Shown here piece after piece: positions 27,468 through 37,361 of a DNA stretch of 64,000 nt (positions within the stretch are counted from its first letter, which is position 1; each line of letters opens with the position of its first letter). The notes beneath the pieces are model-generated. The model made no database searches. It was not told where the DNA came from and saw only the letters and a list, made by a program, of their open reading frames with translations. Source of the DNA: Candidatus Spyradenecus sp. (GTDB lineage Bacteria > Verrucomicrobiota > Verrucomicrobiia > Opitutales > UBA953); contig JAZSKX010000007.1 of the NCBI GenBank assembly GCA_045535075.1, positions 64,001 through 128,000 on the forward strand. Direction: 5' to 3'. The position numbers and the translations under genes are program-made.

Positions 27468-30400
27468 ATGTTTGCTTTACCCGTTTCCCTTAAAAAAACA
27501 TTGAAGAAACAGCGCCGCCGCGGATTTTCCCTGGTTGTGTCATTGGTCATGATGGCGTTGATGTTGCTGATCGCAATCTCGCTCGTCTCGTTTGTCGTTC
27601 TCGAATCGGCTCTCGGAGGCTACAAAGTTAAACGCTATCAGGCGCAGGCAAATGCCATCTGCGGCTTACGTATCGCTCTCGCCCAGTTGCAATTACTCTC
27701 CGGCGATGACCAGCGCGTTACCGCGACGGCGGATATTCTTGAACAGGGCGGCGGGAACAACGCCTCGCTCCCGTCCGGAAGACCTTACAAAGGCAAGCGC
27801 CACTGGACCGGCGTTTGGGCAACCGGCGGCTTGGACAAATCCGACCAAACTGTCCTGCGCGATTGGGATTACAAGGAACCGGACAAAAAACCCTTCCTCG
27901 GCTGGCTCGTTTCCGGGTACGACGAAGATAAAGAAAATTATTCTCCGCTCGAACTTCCCGTCGCTAAGGCGTCTGCAAATGCCGAACGCGGGCAGGAGTT
28001 GGTTGGTGAAGCCGTTGCCGCTTATGATGTCGCGGACGACAGTACGGAGCTCGTTACGCTTGTCGGCGCGGGAACGCTCGGGAAAAAAGAAGGTTGGGAA
28101 GAAGATGTCGTCAAAGTTCGTCGCGTACCGATGGAAAAACGGACGGATTTCCAGAAAACTCAAAAAACGTCCGGCTCCTTTGCTTATTGGGTCGGCGACG
28201 AAGGCGTTAAGGCGCGCGTTAATCTTTCCGACAGTTATTCTAATGCGTTTGACGGAACGCTGACGGATTGGCAAAAAACGCTTCGGGCGACGCCGCAGCG
28301 TGTAGGTGCCGAAGCGATTGGTGCTTACAAATCGCTCAGCGATTGGTGGCAGGAAGATGCCAAGAGCGCGGGGAATCCGGGGGCGACGCGTTTGCCTTAC
28401 GTTTTGAGTATCGGAGATTTGGCGGCTTACGGGAACGAAAATTCCGAAGATTTTCTCAAAGACGCGCGAGCGCTTTATCACGATGTTTCGTTTTATTCCC
28501 GCGGCGTATTTTCCGATGTTTACAACGGCGGGCTGAAAACAGACCTTTCCGTTGCTTTTGAAATGCCTTGGGAAGGTGGCGACTCCGGCTGGGATAAAGG
28601 CTTCCGCGACTATCCGCAGTTCCACGGTTCCGGCGAAAAGAACGAAATGAACTTGCTCAGCAAATTCGAAGTTCAAAAGGATTCGACCACGGAATGGTGG
28701 CTGGACCAACCCAAGGAAGGATTGGGCTACGTTTATGAATTTGACACCAAAATCGCAAAGCGCGGGAACTCCGACGGACGTTATTTGCGCGGTCCGACTT
28801 GGGACGTCTTCCGCAACTATTACCGCCTTTACAAACGTGAACTCGAAAACAAGGGCGTACGCGGCTTAAAAGCAAGCGAAGACTCCAATTGGCTCGCCAC
28901 GGGAATGGCGCCTTACAGCTATTTGCAGGGCGATGACAATATTGTTCGCGAATCAACGAGTGTTTTGGTTTCGACCGGAGAAGGGACAACCCAGACGATG
29001 ACCTATGCCGGCACTTTCGGTCCGAAATGGAATTACGGCGCGACTTCGTGGCGCGGCGGGATCGAGCGGCAGGGAAGTACCGGCAATAACGGAACATTTC
29101 AGTTTGTGGATGCTCCGATTTATCTGACGGAGTTTTCCGGCAATGCCTCCCCGCAAGTTAAAACCGGGGCAGTTGAATCAGGCGGCGCATCCGAAATCAT
29201 GAAAGGCTCGGGCATTATTCCGCAGGCGATGCGTCTGGCTCCCGTTATTTTGCGCTTCTCGATTAAATTTTCCATTGTTTTCAATCAAAATTCGGCAGCG
29301 TTGCTCGCAGAGCCGCTTTTCGTTTTACACAATCCGTACAACGTTCCGATTGAATTTTTCGGAATCGGAACGAATTTCACGAAATTCTATCCGTTTACGT
29401 TAAAATTAAGACGCACCGACGGCGGAAATTTCCAATATTGGAATACAATGCGGGATATTTCTCAGAAGCAGAATTCGTGGTCTGAAAGTGAACAAAAGTA
29501 TACGGAGACGCCCATTTCGAGTCCGGAAATGACGCTCCCGCTTTGGCTTTTTTCCGGAAACCATCTCGGAAAATCCGCTCACTCGCTTTATCTTTTCGCG
29601 GGAACGAACTCCTATTCCGGATCTCCGAACGGCTCAATCGTCCTCCAGCCCGGAGAAATCAAGCCGGTCTTCCCGTATTCAAAGCAGTTCCCCGTTACTC
29701 CGGACCCGAACCGTACTTACGGGCTCGCAACCTCTCTCGGGAACTTTGAACCGGACCCGGATGGCGGGATGCCGGGATTCCAACTCCCGATCGCATTTAA
29801 AGCGATGCAGGGGGAAAATGACCTTAATTTCGATTTTACGATCGAGATTAACGATACGACTCCCGATACAACCGTGGGAATGCCGGACTATATCGACCAC
29901 CACGCTCAACTTGAGTCGGATATTATTTCATTCTATCTGTTTTATCCGCGAGGCTCCAACGGCGATTCCCGAAAAGATACAAAATCTTTGACGCGTACTT
30001 GGAATGACCCGGGAACTTCTTCCGGATGGGGCGACCAATCGGATGAAACCTTTCTTCAGAATATCTCCGTCTCCCGTGGCGTCTTGTATCGCCCGAGCGG
30101 AACTTATGACTCGGACTGGTCTCTACTCGGAAAAAGCTTTAACCGAGAAGGAACGAGCGGATTCAACAGCGCTCGGAAACAGGCGATTTGCGTTTACGAA
30201 GTTTACAAAGCGTCGGCGGACGATAGCCCGTTTGCCGGACCGCTACTCTCGAACTCGCGCCCGTGGGTGGTTGACCCGCGCGCTTGGGATTACGAGGCAT
30301 TGGTTGAAAACGTGCGTCCGCAACGCATCCTTAATGAACCGAAAGCAAACGGAAAGTTTTCTCTCAACGGTCCGGGATGGACGGCGCAAATCAAGGAACT

Positions 30401-31811
30401 TGTCGGTATGGATGAAGCCGAAACCATTGAGCACACCGGGAACGGGAACGCTTATTGGGGCGACGGAGAAGGAGCCGGTGACGGACAAACGCACGTTGTT
30501 CTCTATGAAGTGCCGACGCGTCCGATGACTTCGCTCGGACAGTTCCAAAGCGTTGACTGCTCCGTCTTTGATTATGAGCCGAGTTATGTTGTCGGGAATT
30601 CTTACGTTCCCGTGGGCTTTAAGGACCTTGATACGCTTTTCGACTGGCCGGAAGCCAAAAGCAATATGCCGCCGATTCAGCCGCGCGCGGACACTCCGTT
30701 CGCAGCAAACCTCGGATTGTTTGACCGCTACTTCTTCTCGACCGTGAATTTCGGAGACGAAAACGGGCAAGAAAAGAATATCTCCGCATTCACGCAAAAA
30801 CTTTTGGAAGGCGATCCGCTCAAAAACCCGTTGGCGAATCCGCGTGTTTCGTTTATTCGGAATCGGCATGATCTTTCCCGGACGGATAGTGTCGTGCGTG
30901 AAGAACTGAAGGATCCGAATAAAATTGCGCGCAATTTTCTTTACGAAGGAACCTTTAACGTGAATTCGACTTCCGTCGAAGCATGGAAGGCGCAACTCGC
31001 TAGTTTGCATAAGCAATATCTGAATATCGACGGAGAATATTCCGAAGCCGAAGATTTCCCGATTGTCCGCTTCATGAAAATTATCGGAAGCAAAGCAGGC
31101 GGCGAAGGCGACGGGGTTGCGGATTCCGGAGACGATGAAGGCGAAGGCTGGCGTTGGTTCCGCTCGCTGAACGATAGCGATATTCAGGAACTCGCAGAAA
31201 ATATCGTCGAAGAAGTTCGTTTGCGCGGGCCGTTTATGTCGATGGCAGACTTTGTGAATCGCCGCCTCAATTCGAAAAGCGATTACGCCTACGCGGGAAC
31301 GCTTCAGGCGGCGATTGACAAGACTTCCCGAATCAACAAATCGACAGGGCAGGCAAAGAGCAAGCCGGACTCCAAAGAGTTCCCGAATCTTATTCCGAAC
31401 AGCGGAAGCCCCTCGAAGAAAGCCGGAGCCCCGGGTTATCTGACGCAAGGCGACATTCTTTCGAGCCTCGGCGCGGGAATGGCAGTGCGCTCCGATACGT
31501 TTACGATTCGCGCTTACGGCGACATTTTCGGCTTGAGCGGTCTTCCCGAAGCGCGCGCTTACTGCGAAGCGGTTGTTCAGCGCTTGCCGGATTGGGTGGC
31601 GTCCGAAGAAGATGAAGTTCTCGAAAATGCCGACAAAACGCTTTTCGATTCGTTGCAAGTTAAGAAAAATTATCGCAACCAAAATTTGGATAACGACGAA
31701 CACTTCTTCGAAAAATTCGAACGCAATACGACGCTCAAACCAATCAACCGCCTTTTGGGGCGCCGTTACAAAATTATTTCGTTCCGTTGGCTTTCGCCCG
31801 ACGAAATCTGA
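27468..31811 (+). CDS. Large prepilin/PilX-like protein resembling Verru_Chthon cassette protein A
   Basis: Basic leader then G|FSLVVSLVMM type-IV-pilin-like cleavage site; G.DQRVTA, AYWVGDEGVKA, LRGPFMSMADFVNR, RSDTFTIRAYG and GRRYKIISFRWL.PDEI motifs. Confidence 0.75.
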   Translation: MFALPVSLKKTLKKQRRRGFSLVVSLVMMALMLLIAISLVSFVVLESALGGYKVKRYQAQANAICGLRIALAQLQLLSGDDQRVTATADILEQGGGNNASLPSGRPYKGKRHWTGVWATGGLDKSDQTVLRDWDYKEPDKKPFLGWLVSGYDEDKENYSPLELPVAKASANAERGQELVGEAVAAYDVADDSTELVTLVGAGTLGKKEGWEEDVVKVRRVPMEKRTDFQKTQKTSGSFAYWVGDEGVKARVNLSDSYSNAFDGTLTDWQKTLRATPQRVGAEAIGAYKSLSDWWQEDAKSAGNPGATRLPYVLSIGDLAAYGNENSEDFLKDARALYHDVSFYSRGVFSDVYNGGLKTDLSVAFEMPWEGGDSGWDKGFRDYPQFHGSGEKNEMNLLSKFEVQKDSTTEWWLDQPKEGLGYVYEFDTKIAKRGNSDGRYLRGPTWDVFRNYYRLYKRELENKGVRGLKASEDSNWLATGMAPYSYLQGDDNIVRESTSVLVSTGEGTTQTMTYAGTFGPKWNYGATSWRGGIERQGSTGNNGTFQFVDAPIYLTEFSGNASPQVKTGAVESGGASEIMKGSGIIPQAMRLAPVILRFSIKFSIVFNQNSAALLAEPLFVLHNPYNVPIEFFGIGTNFTKFYPFTLKLRRTDGGNFQYWNTMRDISQKQNSWSESEQKYTETPISSPEMTLPLWLFSGNHLGKSAHSLYLFAGTNSYSGSPNGSIVLQPGEIKPVFPYSKQFPVTPDPNRTYGLATSLGNFEPDPDGGMPGFQLPIAFKAMQGENDLNFDFTIEINDTTPDTTVGMPDYIDHHAQLESDIISFYLFYPRGSNGDSRKDTKSLTRTWNDPGTSSGWGDQSDETFLQNISVSRGVLYRPSGTYDSDWSLLGKSFNREGTSGFNSARKQAICVYEVYKASADDSPFAGPLLSNSRPWVVDPRAWDYEALVENVRPQRILNEPKANGKFSLNGPGWTAQIKELVGMDEAETIEHTGNGNAYWGDGEGAGDGQTHVVLYEVPTRPMTSLGQFQSVDCSVFDYEPSYVVGNSYVPVGFKDLDTLFDWPEAKSNMPPIQPRADTPFAANLGLFDRYFFSTVNFGDENGQEKNISAFTQKLLEGDPLKNPLANPRVSFIRNRHDLSRTDSVVREELKDPNKIARNFLYEGTFNVNSTSVEAWKAQLASLHKQYLNIDGEYSEAEDFPIVRFMKIIGSKAGGEGDGVADSGDDEGEGWRWFRSLNDSDIQELAENIVEEVRLRGPFMSMADFVNRRLNSKSDYAYAGTLQAAIDKTSRINKSTGQAKSKPDSKEFPNLIPNSGSPSKKAGAPGYLTQGDILSSLGAGMAVRSDTFTIRAYGDIFGLSGLPEARAYCEAVVQRLPDWVASEEDEVLENADKTLFDSLQVKKNYRNQNLDNDEHFFEKFERNTTLKPINRLLGRRYKIISFRWLSPDEI

Positions 31812-31887
31812 TTCTCAAAGCGGGGACGCGGTTTGAATACGCTCCCCGCAATTCTTTGATTTTTAAGCACTAATCTCTAATTTTCTC

Positions 31888-33408
31888 ATGGTTCTCTTTA
31901 ATTGGCTCAATCAACGCGGGAGCGGTGTTTTGCTCCACCCGACGATGCTTCCGTCCGGACAAGGCATCGGAACACTCGGAAAATCCGCTTATCGCTTTAT
32001 CGACGCGCTTGCGGAAATGCGCGTAAGCTATTGGCAGGTTTGCCCGCTCGGCCCGACCGGATTCGGTGATTCGCCGTACCAGTGTTTCTCTTCTTTCGCT
32101 GGGAATCCGTATTTAATCGACTTTGAAAAACTCGTCGAACTCGGTTTGCTTGAAGAGGCGGATTTGGGGCTTTTGCGCGCGCTTCCGCGGGAACGCGTTG
32201 ACTACGGAGCGCTTTGGAGCGCATTTTATACGACGGCACGCAAGCTTTGCGGGAATATCCGGAAGAATCGTTCCCTGTTAAAAAAAATCGGAGATTTCGA
32301 GGTTTTCCGCCGCGACAATGCTTATTGGCTCAAGGGATTTTCGCTTTATACCGCGCTGAAAACGCATTTTAAGGGGGAAGCGTGGTATCGTTGGCAGGAA
32401 AAAGCCCGCAATTTTAATTCGGCAATAAAAGCAAAATGGCCCGCAGACGTGCTTGCGGAAATCGAACAAACGGAGATTATTCAGTTTATTTTCTTTTCGC
32501 AATGGCGGGAACTTCGCGCTTATGCGCGAGAACGCGGCGTTAAAATTATCGGAGATACGCCGATTTTCACGGCTCTGGACAGCGCGGACGTTTGGCAGAA
32601 TCCCGAAATTTTCCAAATTGACCCGAAAACTGCCGAGCCGCTCGCCGTCGCGGGTGTTCCGCCGGATTATTTTTCGGCAACCGGGCAGCTTTGGGGAAAT
32701 CCCCTTTACGACTGGTCTGCACTTAAGAAAACGAATTACGCGTGGTGGATTGCGCGTCTTCGCGCTTGTTTTACGCTTTATGACGTCGTTCGTATCGACC
32801 ATTTCCGCGCGTTTTATGACTACTGGCGCATTCCTGCGGGAGCGCCCGACGCGCGCACGGGCGAGTGGGTGCTCGGCCCGGGATTGGAATTCTTTGAAAC
32901 CGTGCGCAAGGCTCTCGGCAACGTGCAACTTATCGCGGAAGATCTCGGCGATATGAACGACGGCGTGCGCAAATTGCTCGCAGATACGGGATTGCCCGGG
33001 ATGGCGGTTTTGCAATTCGCTTTTGGAGGCGACCCGAAAAATCTTTACCTGCCGCACAATATCGGTGCCAATACAATCGCGTATCCGGGAACGCATGACA
33101 ACAATACGGTCGTCGGCTGGTACACCGCTTGCGGCGAACATGAGCGTGATTTCTTCCGGCGCTATCTTTGGTGCGACGGGAACGCCCCGCATTGGGCGAT
33201 GATTAACGCAGCGATGAAGTCGCACGCACGCTTAGCGGTCGTTTCCGTTCAGGACTTGCTCGGGCTTGGCGCTGAAGCGCGTTTCAATGAGCCGGGAACG
33301 GATAGGAAAAACTGGCAATGGCGCCTTTCCGACGCGGAGTTTGAACGGCTTTGCGGCGAAACCGTTTGGCGTTTCCGTGAGCTGATTGAAATTTCCGCAC
33401 GCAATTAG
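31888..33408 (+). CDS. malQ: 4-alpha-glucanotransferase (GH77)
   Basis: SGVLLHPT, WQVCPLGPT, GVPPDYFS.TGQLWGNP, RIDHFR, AEDLG, YPGTHDN. Confidence 0.95.
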   Translation: MVLFNWLNQRGSGVLLHPTMLPSGQGIGTLGKSAYRFIDALAEMRVSYWQVCPLGPTGFGDSPYQCFSSFAGNPYLIDFEKLVELGLLEEADLGLLRALPRERVDYGALWSAFYTTARKLCGNIRKNRSLLKKIGDFEVFRRDNAYWLKGFSLYTALKTHFKGEAWYRWQEKARNFNSAIKAKWPADVLAEIEQTEIIQFIFFSQWRELRAYARERGVKIIGDTPIFTALDSADVWQNPEIFQIDPKTAEPLAVAGVPPDYFSATGQLWGNPLYDWSALKKTNYAWWIARLRACFTLYDVVRIDHFRAFYDYWRIPAGAPDARTGEWVLGPGLEFFETVRKALGNVQLIAEDLGDMNDGVRKLLADTGLPGMAVLQFAFGGDPKNLYLPHNIGANTIAYPGTHDNNTVVGWYTACGEHERDFFRRYLWCDGNAPHWAMINAAMKSHARLAVVSVQDLLGLGAEARFNEPGTDRKNWQWRLSDAEFERLCGETVWRFRELIEISARN

Positions 33409-33443
33409 TTGTCTAATTTCCCCTAATCAAAAAGAATATTTTC

Positions 33444-33881
33444 ATGAAAAAAATCGGTATTCTTAACGGTCCCAATTTAAATTGGCTCGGTAAACGTGAG
33501 CCCGAAGTCTACGGGAACAAAACTCTGGAAGACTTGGAACATGGACTCGCGGATTACGCGGCAAGTCTCGGCAATTGCGAACTCGTGTGCTTTCAGAGTA
33601 ATCATGAAGGCGAGTTAATTGACAAGATTTACGATTGGGCAGGGCGCGGAGTCGCTGGAATTGTATTCAATCCCGGTGCGTTCACGCATACGAGTATTGC
33701 TTTGCGCGACGCACTTGCCGGCGCGGGGATTCCGACGATTGAAGTCCACATTTCCAATGTGCACGCGCGGGAAGAATTTCGTCATCGTTCGCTAACGGCA
33801 CCTGTTTGTGTCGGGCAAATTTGCGGACTTGGTTTGAAAGGTTATGCCTACGCGCTGGAAGCTTTGGTTAATCCGGAATAA
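33444..33881 (+). CDS. aroQ: Type II 3-dehydroquinate dehydratase
   Basis: [50 protein letters not shown]. Confidence 0.96.
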   Translation: MKKIGILNGPNLNWLGKREPEVYGNKTLEDLEHGLADYAASLGNCELVCFQSNHEGELIDKIYDWAGRGVAGIVFNPGAFTHTSIALRDALAGAGIPTIEVHISNVHAREEFRHRSLTAPVCVGQICGLGLKGYAYALEALVNPE

Positions 33882-34045
33882 TTTCACAATCGTCTACAAA
33901 AAATAGTTTGTTGTAGTGAAGCGGCTTAGAAGCTTGCTTTGCCGAAAGATGCTTTTGGTGCTTTCCCTGTAATAAAAAATACTATACTTTGGAATCATTC
34001 CATTTTTAGGGATTTCAAATTAACTCAGAAAGTCAACTCAACGAT

Positions 34046-36316
34046 ATGGCAACCGAACAAAACCTGATGCAGGAAAACCTGAACGCCGCCTGGGAAGGAT
34101 TCGTTCCCGGGGATTGGATGAAAAGCGTGAACACGCGCGATTTTATCCAAAAAAACTACACGCCCTATGAAGGCGACGACAAGTTTCTGAGCGGAGTTTC
34201 CGCAAAAACGAAACAGCTTTGGGAGGAACTTTCCGAGCTGATTAAGCAGGAAACGGCAAAGGGCGTGCTCGATGCCGACGAAGAAGTTGTTTCCTCCATC
34301 GTTTCGCATGGTCCGGGCTATATCAATAAAGACCTCGAAGTCATTGTCGGCTTGCAAACGGATGCGCCGCTCAAGCGTGCACTCATGCCTTACGGCGGGC
34401 TCCGCATGGCGAAACAGGCTCTCGAAAGCTACGGCTTTTCGCTTAGCCCGAAAACGGAAGAAATTTTCAAAAAACACCGCAAAACGCACAATGAAGGTGT
34501 GTTTGACGCGTATTCGTCCGACATCCGCAAAGCGCGCTCGGCGCACATCATTACGGGTTTGCCGGACGCTTACGGACGCGGGCGCATCATCGGCGACTAC
34601 CGTCGCGTGGCGCTCTACGGGATCGATTTCCTTGTTGCTCAGCGCCAGCGCGAACAGGCGGCTTACCACGCGGATACGCTCGTGGAAGATGTGATTCGCC
34701 TCCGCGAAGAAATGTCGGAACAAATCCGCGCTCTCGGCGAACTCAAGGCAATGGGCGAAAGCTACGGTTGCGACCTCGGGCGTCCGGCGCGCAATTCTCG
34801 CGAAGCCGTGCAGTGGACGTATCTCGGCTATCTCGCCGCCGTTAAGGAACAAAACGGCGCGGCGATGTCGCTCGGACGCGTTTCCACCTTCCTCGACATT
34901 TATTTCGAACGCGACTTGAGGGCGGGAACGGTTACGGAAGAAGAACTTCAGGAAATGATAGACCAATTCGTGATGAAGCTTCGCATCGTCCGCTTCATCC
35001 GCACGCCGGAATACAATTCGCTTTTCTCCGGCGACCCGACCTGGGTGACGGAATCCATCGGCGGCATGGGCGAAGACGGACGCACGCTCGTCACGAAAAG
35101 CTCGTTCCGTATGCTGCACACGCTTTACAATCTCGGACCGGCTCCGGAACCGAATCTTACCGTGCTTTGGTCGAAAGATCTTCCGGAAAACTTCAAGAAA
35201 TTCTGTTCCCGCGTTTCCGTTGAAACCTCTTCGATTCAATACGAAAACGACGATTTGATGCGTCCGCATTGGGGCGATGACTACGGGATCGCCTGCTGCG
35301 TTTCCGCAATGCGTATCGGCAAGCAGATGCAGTTCTTCGGCGCGCGTGCGAACCTCGCAAAGGCTCTGCTTTACGCGCTCAACGGCGGTCGCGACGAAGT
35401 TTCCGGCAAGCAGGTCGCTCCCGCAACGCCGATTTACGAAAAGGACGTGCTCGACTACGACGAAGTCATGGAACGCTTCGACAAAATGCAGGATTGGCTC
35501 GCGAAAACCTACGTCAACGCGCTCAACTGCATCCACTACATGCACGACAAATATTGCTACGAACGCATTGAAATGGCGTTGCACGACGTGGAAATTCTCC
35601 GCACGATGGCTTGCGGGATCGCCGGACTTTCCGTTGCGGCAGACTCACTTTCCGCAATTAAATACGCGAAGGTAAAACCGGTTCGCAACGAAGAAGGGCT
35701 CATCGTCGATTTCGTTACCGAAGGCGAATTTCCCTGCTACGGGAACAACGATCCGCGCGTGGATGATATCGCCGTTTCGCTTGTTTCCAACTTCATGGCG
35801 AAAATCCGCAAGTGCCCGACTTACCGCAACTCGCTCCCGACGCAATCCGTGCTCACAATTACGTCGAACGTCGTTTACGGCAAGAAAACCGGCAACACGC
35901 CGGACGGTCGCCGCGCGGGAGCACCGTTCGCTCCGGGCGCCAATCCGATGCACGGGCGCGACACGAAGGGCGCCGTTGCTTCCATGATGTCCGTCGCGAA
36001 ACTGCCTTACGACGACTCGCTCGACGGCATTTCCTACACGTTCTCGATGGTCCCGGGCGCACTCGGAAAAGACCTCGCCGAGCGCGAAGTCAAACTCGCG
36101 AGCCTGCTCGACGGCTATTTCGGGGCCAATCCGAACAAAGGTGCGCACCACATCAACGTGAACATCTTCAATCGTGAAACGCTCCTCGATGCGATGGATC
36201 ACCCGGAAAAATATCCGCAACTGACGGTGCGTGTTTCCGGCTACGCCGTGAACTTCATCAAGCTTACGCGCGAGCAACAACTCGACGTTGTTTCCCGCAC
36301 CTTCCATCAGCGCTAA
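34046..36316 (+). CDS. pflB: Pyruvate formate-lyase
   Basis: [22 protein letters not shown], glycyl-radical motif RVSGYAV. Confidence 0.97.
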   Translation: MATEQNLMQENLNAAWEGFVPGDWMKSVNTRDFIQKNYTPYEGDDKFLSGVSAKTKQLWEELSELIKQETAKGVLDADEEVVSSIVSHGPGYINKDLEVIVGLQTDAPLKRALMPYGGLRMAKQALESYGFSLSPKTEEIFKKHRKTHNEGVFDAYSSDIRKARSAHIITGLPDAYGRGRIIGDYRRVALYGIDFLVAQRQREQAAYHADTLVEDVIRLREEMSEQIRALGELKAMGESYGCDLGRPARNSREAVQWTYLGYLAAVKEQNGAAMSLGRVSTFLDIYFERDLRAGTVTEEELQEMIDQFVMKLRIVRFIRTPEYNSLFSGDPTWVTESIGGMGEDGRTLVTKSSFRMLHTLYNLGPAPEPNLTVLWSKDLPENFKKFCSRVSVETSSIQYENDDLMRPHWGDDYGIACCVSAMRIGKQMQFFGARANLAKALLYALNGGRDEVSGKQVAPATPIYEKDVLDYDEVMERFDKMQDWLAKTYVNALNCIHYMHDKYCYERIEMALHDVEILRTMACGIAGLSVAADSLSAIKYAKVKPVRNEEGLIVDFVTEGEFPCYGNNDPRVDDIAVSLVSNFMAKIRKCPTYRNSLPTQSVLTITSNVVYGKKTGNTPDGRRAGAPFAPGANPMHGRDTKGAVASMMSVAKLPYDDSLDGISYTFSMVPGALGKDLAEREVKLASLLDGYFGANPNKGAHHINVNIFNRETLLDAMDHPEKYPQLTVRVSGYAVNFIKLTREQQLDVVSRTFHQR

Positions 36317-36329
36317 ACGTTACGAGCTG

Positions 36330-37085
36330 ATGGAGCTCGAAAAAAATTGGCGTGATGTCCCGGGCCTCGTCCATTCCGTAGAAACCTGCGGAACGGTCGA
36401 CGGTCCGGGAATTCGTTTCATCGTGTTTCTTTCCGGATGCGCGCTTCGTTGCGTTTATTGCCATAATCCGGATACTTCATTTGTACGTCGCGGGAAAACG
36501 AAAACTGCGGGAGAAATCGTTGATGAAATTGCTGCGTACAAAACTTTTTTGAAAAATGCCGGCGGCGGTGTGACGATTTCCGGCGGTGATCCGCTCTTTC
36601 AGGCGGACTTTGCGGCGGCAATTTTGCGTGGTTGTAAGGAGCTCGGGTTGCACACGACATTGGATACTGCGGGAACGCTCGGTAATCTTGCGACGGATGC
36701 GATGCTTGCAGACACGGATTTGGTGCTTCTTGATATCAAGGCGGGAACGCCGGAAATTTACCGAAAAACGACCGGCGGAAAACTTGAGCCGACTTTGGCA
36801 TTTGCGCGCCGCCTTCACGCGCTCGGAAAAAAGGCGTGGTTGCGCTACGTGCTTGTTCCCGGATTGACGGATTCGGATGCCTGCATTCGCGGCGTGGCGG
36901 AGTTCGCGCGGGATGTGCCGATTTTTGAGCGGGTTGACGTGCTTCCGTTCCACAAATTAGGCGCGTTTAAGTGGAAAGAACTCGGTCTGTCCGACCCGCT
37001 TGAGTTGACTTCGGAGCCGAGTAAAGAGCTGGTCGTGCACGCGAAATCTGTTTTCTCCGAGTACGGTTTTACAAACATTTACTAA
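36330..37085 (+). CDS. pflA: Pyruvate formate-lyase activating enzyme (radical SAM)
   Basis: GTVDGPGIR, CALRCVYCHNPDT, GGVTISGG, LPFH.LG..KW; start set to ATG 36330. Confidence 0.95.
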   Translation: MELEKNWRDVPGLVHSVETCGTVDGPGIRFIVFLSGCALRCVYCHNPDTSFVRRGKTKTAGEIVDEIAAYKTFLKNAGGGVTISGGDPLFQADFAAAILRGCKELGLHTTLDTAGTLGNLATDAMLADTDLVLLDIKAGTPEIYRKTTGGKLEPTLAFARRLHALGKKAWLRYVLVPGLTDSDACIRGVAEFARDVPIFERVDVLPFHKLGAFKWKELGLSDPLELTSEPSKELVVHAKSVFSEYGFTNIY

Positions 37086-37141
37086 ATGGACGGCGAAAGC
37101 CGAGTACAATCGGAACTTCGGATTCGGATTCCGATTTTTTG

Positions 37142-37357
37142 TTACCAATGCGGTGGTTTTTCGTTCGCGGGCATGGAATCGTTCCCGCCGAAGTTTTCCG
37201 CTTTTTCGGCCACTTGGCGCAAGGCTTTGATGAGACGATCAATTTGGCGTCCCTGTTCGACGATGACTTCATTTTGCTTGGAGACGTAGTCTTCGAGGAA
37301 AGTAATTTTTACCTCCAATTCCAGAAGTCTCTGAGCGTAATTCGTTTCCGCGTCCAT
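37142..37357 (-). CDS. slyX: SlyX family protein
   Basis: RLLELEVKITFLE coiled coil and C-terminal EKPPHW. Confidence 0.85.
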   Translation of the reverse strand: MDAETNYAQRLLELEVKITFLEDYVSKQNEVIVEQGRQIDRLIKALRQVAEKAENFGGNDSMPANEKPPHW

Positions 37358-37361
37358 TGCG

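Noticed and set aside
33880..34045. Possible Rex/FNR operator upstream of pflB
   Set aside because: Only a half-site (TTCACAA) is visible, with no convincing palindrome.
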